A stretch of DNA of 64,000 nucleotides, from the NCBI GenBank assembly GCA_963815195.1, contig CAWFGE010000012.1, positions 736,001 through 800,000 on the forward strand. The letters run 5' to 3'. This DNA is from an uncultured Planctomycetaceae bacterium (lineage in GTDB: Bacteria > Planctomycetota > Planctomycetia > Planctomycetales > Planctomycetaceae). Both the position numbers and the translations under genes were made by a program. Below are positions 38,841-47,982 of this stretch, piece after piece (within the stretch, counting starts at the first letter, position 1; each line of letters starts with the position of its first letter). Under the pieces are notes generated by a model, which was not told the origin of the DNA, made no database searches, and was given only the letters and a program-made list of their open reading frames with translations.

Positions 38841-40145
38841 ATGAAACATCTATGGATACCGGTCGCGGCCGCCGTCTTCTGGGCGTCCGCGGCGGTTCAC
38901 AAGGCCGAAGCCGGCGGATACTGCGGCGCGGCCAGCTACGAATGTTGCCCCAAGGAGGCCTGCGCGACCACCGGCAACTATTGCGCCGCGAAGACCAGCT
39001 GCGCCCCGTGCTACAAGACCGTGCAGGAAACGGTCTGGGAACAGCAGCCTTACACCTGCTGCAAGACCGTCTACGACACGGTCACGGAAAAAATCCCCTG
39101 CCCGGTGACGAAAAACGTCTACGAAACCCACTACCGCAACGAGTGCTACACCGTGTGCAAGCCGGTGTATCAAACGCATTACCGCTGCGTGAATCAAACG
39201 ATCTGCAAGCCGATCTACAACACCTGCTACCGCTGCGTGACCTGCCAGGTGCGAAGGCCCTGCTACAAAACCTGCTTCCGCAACGTGACCTGCACGATCT
39301 CTAAGCCGATCTACAACACGACCTACCGCTGCGTGACCTGCGAGGTCTGCCGGCCGGTGTACGAGAAATGCTACCGCAACGTGTGCTGCACGGTGTGGAA
39401 GACCGAAACCGAAACGCATTACCGCGATCATTGCTACACGATCTGCAAGCCCGTCACCGAAACCAAATGCGTCGACGTCCAGTGCGGCGAGTGGAAGACC
39501 GTGACCGAGCAGGTCCCCGTGTGCAACCCCTGCGGATCGGCGTGCGGCTCTTCGCCTTGCACAAAAACCATCTGCCGGAAGGTCTGGTGCCCGAAGGTCG
39601 AAAAGCGGCAGGTCTGCTGCGTCCGCTACGTACCTGAAGTCAAGCAGTGCAAAATCCCGGTGACGATCTGCCGGAAGGTGCCCTGCACGGTCAATCGGCG
39701 GATCTGCCACACGAAATGCCGGATGGTCAAAGAATGCGTGACCCGACGCATCCCGCACACCTCCGTCTGCTATCAAAAGCAGTGCATCACGAAACAGGTG
39801 CCTTACCGCACCTGCACGTGGACGACCGAATGCGTCACGAAGAAGATCCCCTACACCACCGTCTGCTATCAAAAGCAGTGCATCACCCGGAAGATTCCTT
39901 ACCGGACGTGCAGCTACGTGAAGCAAACTTGCACCCGCAAAGTGCCCTACACGACCTGCAAGAAAGTCTGCTGCATGAGCTACCGCACCTGCGTCAAGCA
40001 CATTCCCCGCAAAGTGAGCTACACCGCCTACCGCTGCGTGCCCCGCACGGTCTGCCGGCAGGTTCCGGTGTGCGGCGGCTGCACGACGACCTGCGAACCC
40101 TGCTGCGAAGACAAGAAGTGCTGCTTGAAGAAACTCTTCAATTAG
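38841..40145 (+). CDS. Secreted Cys-rich YTV-repeat protein (planctomycete envelope protein type)
   Basis: Signal peptide ending AEA; ~16-aa repeats such as YTVCKPVYQTHYR and RKVPYTTC; about 65 Cys by hand count. Confidence 0.85.
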   Translation: MKHLWIPVAAAVFWASAAVHKAEAGGYCGAASYECCPKEACATTGNYCAAKTSCAPCYKTVQETVWEQQPYTCCKTVYDTVTEKIPCPVTKNVYETHYRNECYTVCKPVYQTHYRCVNQTICKPIYNTCYRCVTCQVRRPCYKTCFRNVTCTISKPIYNTTYRCVTCEVCRPVYEKCYRNVCCTVWKTETETHYRDHCYTICKPVTETKCVDVQCGEWKTVTEQVPVCNPCGSACGSSPCTKTICRKVWCPKVEKRQVCCVRYVPEVKQCKIPVTICRKVPCTVNRRICHTKCRMVKECVTRRIPHTSVCYQKQCITKQVPYRTCTWTTECVTKKIPYTTVCYQKQCITRKIPYRTCSYVKQTCTRKVPYTTCKKVCCMSYRTCVKHIPRKVSYTAYRCVPRTVCRQVPVCGGCTTTCEPCCEDKKCCLKKLFN

Positions 40146-40154
40146 CGGGAGCGT

Positions 40155-40257
40155 CCTCGAGGCCCCGCACGACGCGGGCCTCGAGGCCTCCCCTCGAATC
40201 TCAGTTCTCCCCGCTCCGGGGGCGATTCCCAAGAATCGCCCCCGTTTTGATTTTTGG
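40155..40257 (+). terminator. Double hairpin / intrinsic terminator after the YTV gene
   Basis: cctcgaggccccgc..gcgggcctcgagg, then gggggcgatt..aatcgccccc followed by gttttgattttt. Confidence 0.65.
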
Positions 40258-40472
40258 GTTCCGAGAACGGAAACGAAACCTTCAAGAACGTTGCTTCCCT
40301 CGCGGGAGATGGGTACAGTGGGATTACGCATCAAAGAACGCCGGCGCGAGACGGTCCCGCAATTTATTCGGGAACATGTAACCAAACGTTTCCGCCGATC
40401 AATCTTTCCATAGAACCACCGGCCACTCGCCGGCCCCCCGACGATTTCCTACCCCCGTTTCGAGGCATCACC

Positions 40473-42099
40473 ATGCTGCCTGCTTGCCCCCGTTTGGTGA
40501 TTTTCGTTCTGACGGCTATGGTTTCTCTGGCCCCCGCGATCGGCCGATCCGCGGAGCCGCTGCGGGATGTGATCGATCGGCAAATCGCCGCCGCGTGGAA
40601 AGCCCAGAACATCACCCCGGCCGAACGGTGTTCCGATGCGGAGTTCCTCCGGCGGGTGTCCCTCGATTTGCTGGGGGTGATCCCCACGTATGAGGAAGCG
40701 CTCGCATTTCTCGACGATGCCAGCCCCGACAAGCGGGCGAAGTGGATTGACAAACTCCTCGAGCATCCGCGGTTCGGGCTGCACCAGGCGGATGTGTGGG
40801 ACATGGTTTACTTCGGCCGGAATCCGCCGGGCTATAACACCGACAAGCGCGAAGGGTTTCAAACCTGGCTCGCGGAGCAGTTTCAGAAAAACACGCCCTA
40901 TAACGTTTGGGTCCGGGAGATTTTGAAGGCGGAGGGGAACACCGTCGAGAACGGGGCTCCGATGTTCTTCGTGCAGTACCGCAATCAGCCGGAGGATGCG
41001 ACCGAAGCCGTGACGCAGAAGTTTCTGGGCGTGCAACTCCAATGCGCCCGCTGCCACGACCATCCCTTCGATGATTGGAAGCAGACCGACTTTTACGGCG
41101 TGGCCGCGTTCTTCGCCCGGCTGGATGTCGTCGATGTGGGCAACAAGAACAAACAAAAAGCCTACGCCATCGGCGAGAAGAATTTCGGGGATGTGCTCTT
41201 CACAGGCCCGGCCATCGAACAGCAGCCGGGCCAAAAAGGCAAACCCATCGCCCCGAAATTCTTAGGCGGCGGCCCGCTCGAAGAACCCGCGCCGCCCAAG
41301 GATCTCAAAGACCCCCGCAACTTCCCCAACGGCAAAATGCCGCCTGCTCCCTATTTCTCCCGCAAAAACGCTCTCGCGGATTGGATCACCGATCCCCAAA
41401 ACCCCTACTTCGCGCGGGCGGCGGTCAATCGCATGTGGGGGCAGTTTTTAGGGAAGGGGATCGTCAATCCCATCGATAACCTCAGCCCCAACAATCCGCC
41501 CAGCCATCCGGAATTGCTCAATGAACTGACGAAATCGTTCGTGGATTCCGGGTTCGATGTGAAGGCCTTGCTTCGGGAGATCTTGAACAGCCAGACCTAT
41601 CAACTGAGTTCCGCCGGGAGCGTCGCGGAGGCCAAGCCGCTGTGGTACGAACAAGCCCGCTATCGGCCGTTATCGGCGGAGGAATTGTTTGAATCGTGGC
41701 TGGTCGCGGCCGGCTTTCCGGAAGAACGCAAACCCGAAGAGCGGTTCCGCGTGCGGGGCTTTACTTGGGACTACCTGCGAAACGCCTTCGGCCGGCCCAA
41801 CGACGGCATGGGCAATTTCCAAGGCGGCCTCGGGGAGCATCTCTATCTCAACAACGGCCAGGTGCACCAGTTGATTTCCGAAAAGCCCGGCAGCTTGTAC
41901 CACGCGTTGGAATCCTCCCAAGACCCCTGGGAGAATCGCGTCGAACGTTTGTTCGTCCAGGTCCTCTCCCGCCGACCCAGCGCCGGCCGAGACCGAAAAA
42001 TTCACCGCCCATCTCTCCGAAAAAGACGACCCCCGCGGCCGACTGCACGAAGCCATCTGGACGCTGATGACCTGCAGCGAGTTCCGGTTCAATCATTGA
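40473..42099 (+). CDS. DUF1549/DUF1553 protein; frameshift near 41985
   Basis: FLRRVSLDLLG.IPT, QCARCHDHPFD, NPYFARAAVNR, PPSHPELL; shifted tail IWTLMTCSEFRFNH. Confidence 0.88.
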
Positions 42100-42543
42100 G
42101 GGAAGGAGAACCACGAAACACACGAACGACACGAAAAAAACAAATTCAGTCGTTCCAAAAAACCGCTGAGCCGCGCACGAAGTAAGCGGTATTGCGACTT
42201 CTGAAATCTTGAAACCCGCTTACTTCGTGCGCGGCTCAAGAAAATCAAAACCATTTTCCGAACTTTTTGGAACTACTGAAATTCCAATTGTCTGTTGCCT
42301 TCTCCGTGTCCTCCGCGTCTCCGTGAAAAAAACATTTTGAACCGGCATTATGAATTGACGGGATGGCCTTTTTAGCCCTCGTTCCCAAGCGCCAGCTTGG
42401 GAACGCACTCTTGCGAAGCTCCGCTTCGCAACGAGCGGAAACATGAATCAGAACCACGGATAGCACGGATCAGGTTTGGAACATTGGGATTTTGAGTTTA
42501 TTTGAGATTTGTTTCGGATTTCGAGATTCGGATTTCGGATTTT
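42100..42543. repeat. Intergenic mosaic of several short-repeat and palindrome families
   Basis: 9-mer arm 42100-42140; perfect 23-bp IR 42167-42189/42216-42238; ctccgtgtc-type 9-mers ~42302-42326; cgttcccaagc..gcttgggaacg ~42381-42406; 7-mer arm ~42474-42543. Confidence 0.85.
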
Positions 42544-42577
42544 CGACGCCCCTTAAGAAATCAAATGGGAGCACAGC

Positions 42578-43852
42578 ATGTCCTCGATGAATTGTCCGCG
42601 TTTTGAGCATGTCAGCCGCCGGGCGTTGTTGAAAGGTTCCCTTGCGACAGCGGGCGGGGCGGCGGTGATGAACTGGGGCGAATTGTTCCAGTCCGACGCC
42701 AACGCCCAAGAAGTCAAAAAGAAAAAGAAGCACTGCATTTTGATCTGGCTCAACGGCGGGGCGAGCCAGTTCGAAACCTTCGACATGAAAATCGGCCGGC
42801 CCACCGGCGGCATGATGCGGGACATCGCCACCAACCTGCCCGGGACGCGGATCTGCGAGCTGATGCCCAACATCGCCCAGCGGATGGACAAGCTGACCGT
42901 CATCCGCTCGATGCACACCTCGCAAATCGACCACCCCGGCGGCATCTATCTCATGCACACAGGCTATGCCCAAACCGCCAATGTGCGGTTTCCCGAAATC
43001 GGGGCGATCGTCGCCAAGTATTGCGGCGACCTCCACTCCGACCTGCCGGACTTCGTGAAGGTCTCGTCCAACGGCAATGCCGGGGCGGGTTTTCTGGGGC
43101 CGCAGTATCAGCCGTTCAACCTGGACCGCGACGGCAACATGCCGACCTTTTCCACCTCGACGCTCGCCGCGGACATCGAAGCCCGCCGGCACAGCCTGCG
43201 CGACTTCATGGAAGAGCAATACGCCCAAACCCACGCCGCCGAGCCCGTCCGCATGCACCGCGAAGCCTACGGCCGGGCTCGCCGATTGAACAACGTCCGC
43301 AAGGTGTTCGAGTTCGACAAGGATTGGGAAAAGTCCCGCGAGCGCTACGGCGATACGAAGATCGGCCGGCGGATGATGATCGCCCGCAGCCTGGTCGAAG
43401 CGGGCGTGGCGTTCGTGGAAGTCGGACAAAGCGGCTACGACACCCACGCCGACAATTTTTCGGGCCACAAGTCGCTCGTCCCGCCGATGGAAAAAGCCTG
43501 GGCCGGGCTGTTGGACGATCTGGAAGAACGCGGGCTGTTGGACGATACGGTCGTGGTCTGGATGGGCGAGATCGGCCGCACTCCGCGGATCAACAACCGC
43601 AGCGGCCGGGACCATTACGTCCGCTCTTGGACCGCGGCCCTCGCGGGCGGCGGCGTCAAGCGCGGTTTGGTGTATGGCGCGTCCGACGAAGACGGCGTGG
43701 AGGTCAAAGACAACCCGGTCACGGAAGCCGACTTCTTCGCCACGGTGTACTCCGCCTTGGGCGTCAATCCCGCCACCGAAAACTACACCGGCGTCCGCCC
43801 CATCCCGCTGGCGCCCTTCGGGCACAAAGTTGTCAAAGATATTTTGGTTTAG
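42578..43852 (+). CDS. DUF1501 domain protein
   Basis: SRRALLKG Tat-like signal, WLNGGASQFETFDMK, YDTH, GEIGRTPRIN..GRDHY. Confidence 0.9.
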   Translation: MSSMNCPRFEHVSRRALLKGSLATAGGAAVMNWGELFQSDANAQEVKKKKKHCILIWLNGGASQFETFDMKIGRPTGGMMRDIATNLPGTRICELMPNIAQRMDKLTVIRSMHTSQIDHPGGIYLMHTGYAQTANVRFPEIGAIVAKYCGDLHSDLPDFVKVSSNGNAGAGFLGPQYQPFNLDRDGNMPTFSTSTLAADIEARRHSLRDFMEEQYAQTHAAEPVRMHREAYGRARRLNNVRKVFEFDKDWEKSRERYGDTKIGRRMMIARSLVEAGVAFVEVGQSGYDTHADNFSGHKSLVPPMEKAWAGLLDDLEERGLLDDTVVVWMGEIGRTPRINNRSGRDHYVRSWTAALAGGGVKRGLVYGASDEDGVEVKDNPVTEADFFATVYSALGVNPATENYTGVRPIPLAPFGHKVVKDILV

Positions 43853-43853
43853 G

Positions 43854-43895
43854 AAATTCGAAATCCGAATCTCGAAATTCGAAACAAATTCGAAT
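43854..43895 (+). repeat. Left 7-mer (AAATYCG) repeat arm
   Basis: aaattcgaaatccgaatctcgaaattcgaaacaaattcgaat, starting right after the DUF1501 stop. Confidence 0.9.
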
Positions 43896-43908
43896 TGGAA
43901 ATGCTCCA

Positions 43909-44271
43909 ATGAGCAAAACGCCTGGTCCCCAATACGATTTGGAGGAACGGACGTTTGAATTTGCAAAACAAGTACGATCATTTGTTAAAACTCTACCGCG
44001 AACGCTTTGCAATCAAGAGGACGTGAAACAAGTTGTCCGGTCATCGGGTTCTATCGGTGCAAATTACATTGAAGCCAATGAGGCGGTGAGCAAGAAAGAC
44101 TTTTTGCACCGAATCCGCATCTCACGCAAGGAGGCGAAAGAAACGCGTTATTGGTTGCGGCTGCTCGACACGCGGAACAATCAAGAGTTAAACAACGTCC
44201 GCGAACGAATGATTCAGGAAAGCACAGAACTCATGTTGATTTTTGGCGCAATCTTGAAAAAGTCGGAATGA
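43909..44271 (+). CDS. Four-helix-bundle protein (23S rRNA IVS protein / Avd-like family)
   Basis: DLEERTFEFA, QVVRSSGSIGANYIEANEAVSKKDF, SRKEAKETRYWLRLL; more AT-rich than flanks. Confidence 0.92.
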   Translation: MSKTPGPQYDLEERTFEFAKQVRSFVKTLPRTLCNQEDVKQVVRSSGSIGANYIEANEAVSKKDFLHRIRISRKEAKETRYWLRLLDTRNNQELNNVRERMIQESTELMLIFGAILKKSE

Positions 44272-44297
44272 AGTCGTTTTGAACATTCCCTTTTGGG

Positions 44298-44340
44298 ATT
44301 TTGAATTTGTTTCGGATTTCGACATTCGGATTTCGGATTT
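44298..44340 (-). repeat. Right 7-mer repeat arm, inverted relative to 43854-43895
   Basis: Reverse complement aaatccgaaatccgaatgtcgaaatccgaaacaaattcaaa aligns with the left arm with few mismatches. Confidence 0.9.
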
Positions 44341-44359
44341 TCTTCCCGAGGTTGGTGAA

Positions 44360-45562
44360 ATGCAAATTGATAAGCCGGTCGATCAGTGGCAGCTTCTGTT
44401 TGAGGAGAATTGGCCCACTTCGGTGGCGTTTCTCGACGACCACCGCGTCGCGGCGGGGAATCGGGCGGGGCAGATTCTGGTTTGGGACTTGACCCAGCCG
44501 GCCGAGGAACCGACGGAGGAGGACAAGAAGAAAGAGAAAACGCCGCCCAACATTTTACCGGTGCGCCAATTGGAGGGACACACGAATGGGATTACGCACT
44601 TGCTGTCTTCGCCGGACGGCAAAACGCTGGTCTCTTCCAGTTTGGATCACACGATTCGGTTGTGGAACGTGGACGCTCCCGCCGCGGGCAAGGCGGAAGT
44701 CGTGCTCGACGGCAAATCCCGCGAAGACCAGACGCGGTACAAATCCAAGGAGGAAAAGGCGAAGATCTTGAATGCCCCCGGCATTTCCGTGGAAACGGTT
44801 CCCGCCGAGGCGGTGCTGGAAGGGCATACGGAGTGGATTCAGGCGCTCGGCCAAAGTGCCGACGGCAGCCGGCTCATCAGCGGCGATGATGCCTGCCTCT
44901 CTATCGTCTGGGATGTGAAGACGAGAAAGCCGATTTCGCAATGGCACGGCTACGACCGCGTGTGGGTGGTCTCGGCGGCGCTTTCGCCGGACGGCAAGAC
45001 CGCCTTCACCGCCGAGTTCGCCGGTAGCCGCAGCAGCTTCGACCGCCCCGCGGCCCAGGCTCGGTTCTGGAACGCCGACGACGGCACGCTGAAACTCGAC
45101 CTCCTCAAAGTCTGGACGCCCAAGGTGAAAGACAAGGACCGCGACGATTCCTACGGCTACGCCCAAACCTGGGGCAAGCTGATGAAGCGCGGCCTCGTGT
45201 GCGCTGCGTTCTCGCCCGATGGAAAATGGCTCGCGGTCGGACAAGGCGGCGAAACCGACACCGGCAAAGTGCATCTGGTCGATGCCCTCTCCGGCAAAAT
45301 CACGCGGACGGTCTCCGGCCATCAATACGGAGCCTGCGACGTCAAATTCTCCGCCGACAGCAACTACGTGCTTTCGAGCGGTCGGGATACGGTAGTCCGC
45401 ATCTGCCAGGTGTCCGACGGCAAAGAAGTCGCAGCGCTCGGCAAGAGCCGGGGCGGGCAGTTCAAAGATTGGCTCTCCGCGGTCGCGGTCTCCCCCGATC
45501 AAACCCAAGTCGCCGCCGCCGACATCGCAGGCTACGTCCACGTCTGGCGCTTGAAGGGTTGA
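44360..45562 (+). CDS. WD40 repeat protein
   Basis: LEGHTNGITHL..SPDGKTLVSSSLDHTIRLWN, LEGHTEWI, FSPDGKW. Confidence 0.9.
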   Translation: MQIDKPVDQWQLLFEENWPTSVAFLDDHRVAAGNRAGQILVWDLTQPAEEPTEEDKKKEKTPPNILPVRQLEGHTNGITHLLSSPDGKTLVSSSLDHTIRLWNVDAPAAGKAEVVLDGKSREDQTRYKSKEEKAKILNAPGISVETVPAEAVLEGHTEWIQALGQSADGSRLISGDDACLSIVWDVKTRKPISQWHGYDRVWVVSAALSPDGKTAFTAEFAGSRSSFDRPAAQARFWNADDGTLKLDLLKVWTPKVKDKDRDDSYGYAQTWGKLMKRGLVCAAFSPDGKWLAVGQGGETDTGKVHLVDALSGKITRTVSGHQYGACDVKFSADSNYVLSSGRDTVVRICQVSDGKEVAALGKSRGGQFKDWLSAVAVSPDQTQVAAADIAGYVHVWRLKG

Positions 45563-45597
45563 TGCGGGTCTGGAAATCGATCTTTATTCGCCAAGGG

Positions 45598-47325
45598 TGT
45601 CACCGGGCAGTGAAAACCGGCCACTTGTGGGCAGTTCAAAACCGGCCATTTTGAGAGGAAAGGGATTCGACATTTTGTTCTCCTTTGAGTTTTCTCAGAG
45701 GAAAACAAGCGATGTCGAATCAGACTCTCGATGGACACGGTTCAAGCCATTCACACTTTGCGCCTCAAGGCTGGTCTTTGCGCAAGATTGCCCGCGAATT
45801 GGGCATTCACCGTTCAACGGTGGCCGCCCATCTCGCTTCAAAACCGGCCAAAGTGCCCACCGGGTCCGAGGCCAAAGTGCCCACCGGGTCCGAGGGCCAA
45901 CTGCCCGCCGGGTCGGAGGACCTTCGTGAGGCCCTTGAAGACGATTCTGAGAAGGACGAGTCGGAACTTTCGCGGAGCCGCTGCGAGCCTTGGCGGGATG
46001 TCATTTTAGAAAAGCTCGGCCAGGGACTTTCCGCGCAGCGAATTTTCCAGGACCTGTCGAATGACCATGATTTTCCCCATGGCTACGACAGCGTGAAACG
46101 CTTCGTGCGGCAGTTGCGGTCTTCGAAGGAGTTGCCGTTTCGTCGATTGGAATGCGCAGCCCGGCGCGGAAGCTCAAGTGGACTTTGGCCAAGCCGCGGC
46201 CGTCGTGGATGAGAACGGCCGTCGTCGCCGGCCACACGTGTTGCGGGTCGTGCTGAGCCACAGCCGTAAAGGCTACACGGAAGCGATCGATCGCCAGACC
46301 ACCGACAACTTCATTCGGTGTCTGGAGAGTGCGTTCTGGCATTTTGGAGGTGTGCCCAAGACTCTGATCATCGATAACTTGCGCGCCGCCGTGAGCAAGG
46401 CGGATTGGTTCGACCCGGAACTGAACCCCAAGATTCAATCGTTCGCCGCGCACTACGGCACGGTGTTTTTGCCCACGCGGGTTCGCACGCCCCGACACAA
46501 AGGCAAGGTCGAACGCGGCGTGGACTACGCCCAAGAAAACGCACTCAAAGGGCGGACGTTCCGAAGCCTGCGCGAACAGAACGAACACTTGTGGGCCTGG
46601 GAATCCACCGTGGCCGATACGCGGATTCATGGAACGACCAGAGAGCAAGTGGGCAAGGCGTTTCGCGAACGGGAACGGTCAGCACTGTTTCCGTTGCCGT
46701 TGCCGTTGGAACGATTTCCGTTTTTCCATGAAGCCCTGCGGAGCGTGCATCGCGATGGGCACATTTCCGTGGACAAGGCGTATTACTCCGTGCCGCCGGA
46801 ATTTCTGGGAAGGAAAGTCTGGGTGCGCTGGGATGCGCGGCTGGTGCGCATCTTCAATGCCAAGCTGGAACAGATCGCCTTGCATGCCCGTCAAGAACCG
46901 GGAAAGTTCAGCACGCAGAACACCCATTTGCACGCGAGGAAAATCTCCGGCGTGGAACGCGGAGCCACCTGGTGGCTGGCGAAAGTCAGCGAAATCGGCC
47001 CGGAAACCAGGGATTGGTCCGCGGCCATGCTGGGAGCACGCGGCATTGAGGGCGTGCGGGTGTTGATGGGCCTCAAGCAACTGGCCGACAAGCATTCGCG
47101 CGAGGACATCGAACGCGCGTGCCGCACCGCCCACTCGTATGGAGCCTACCGACTGAGGACCGTTCGCAAGCTGATCGACCGCAACGCCCCCGTGCAAGCC
47201 CAGTTTGAGTTTTTAGACGAACACCCGGTCATTCGGCCGCTGGTGAGTTATTCCGAGTTTGTCAAAGCCGCTCTTCGAAAGGAGCAAAACCGATGAATGG
47301 AAATTTAATGCACGTTCTGCGGCAA
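45598..47325 (+). mobile_element. IS21-family element, truncated (left end, istA and about 11 codons of istB; no right end found)
   Basis: Starts TGTCACC with the subterminal direct repeat gggcagt(g/tc)aaaaccggcca twice; istA follows; an ATGA-coupled ORF starts like IstB. Confidence 0.8.
45712..47296 (+). CDS. istA: IS21 transposase IstA; frameshifts near 45725-45765 and 46160
   Basis: GWSLRKIARELGIHRSTV HTH, QVDFG, FGGVPKTLIIDNLRAAV, TPRHKGKVERGV, R.HGTT, YSVP. Confidence 0.9.
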
Positions 47326-47879
47326 CGCGGTCTGGGTGGTCGGGTCTTCTTTATTACGGGGCCGAGTGGGGTCGGGAAAACGACCATCGCTCGCCTCATC
47401 GCCAAGGAACTGACGCTGCCTTACGCGATCTATGAAATGGACGCGCAACGGATGAGCCTGGCCGATGTCCGGGAGTTCGACAGGATGTGCCACTGTAAAC
47501 CGTTGGGCGGTTCCTACCATGTGTGGATCATCAATGAGGCCCACAACATGAGCAGCAAGGTCGTGTCCGAACTGCAAACGGTCCTGGAATCGCCTCACGT
47601 CCAACGCAACTCGACGTGGGCGTTCACGACGACCAGTCGCGGTGAGAAGCTGTTGTTCGACAGCAAGTTTGACGCGGTTCCGTTCCTCAGCCGGGCCATC
47701 AAAATCGAGCTGGACGGCGCGGCTCGGAGATTGACTTTGCCCTCAGGGCACGGGAGATCGCTCAAGCCGAGGGACTCGATGGCAAACCGCTCGACGATTA
47801 TCTCAAGCTGGTCCGCGACTGCTCGTGCAATCTCCGCTCTATATTGAACGCGATCGAGTCGGGCGAACTCTTGGAATAG
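47293..47879 (+). CDS. AAA+ ATPase of clamp-loader/RarA type, apparently fused to the istB start; frameshift near 47735
   Basis: ITGPSGVGKTTIARLIA, WIINEAH, FLSRA arginine finger, shifted lid EIAQAEGL..CNLRSILNAIE. Confidence 0.7.
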
Positions 47880-47982
47880 CCGAACAGACTTCGCTCAGCC
47901 ATTCGTTACAAGCCGCCCTGCCGTGGATTTTCACGGGGCGGCTTCGCTCTTTGCACGCCATCAAAACCGACCGGAGCCGATC

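Noticed and set aside
43909..44271. Diversity-generating retroelement (Avd-like gene)
   Set aside because: No reverse transcriptase and no TR/VR pair differing at adenines were seen in the window.
43854..44340. 23S rRNA intervening sequence
   Set aside because: The flanks are protein-coding genes; no rRNA sequence is present.
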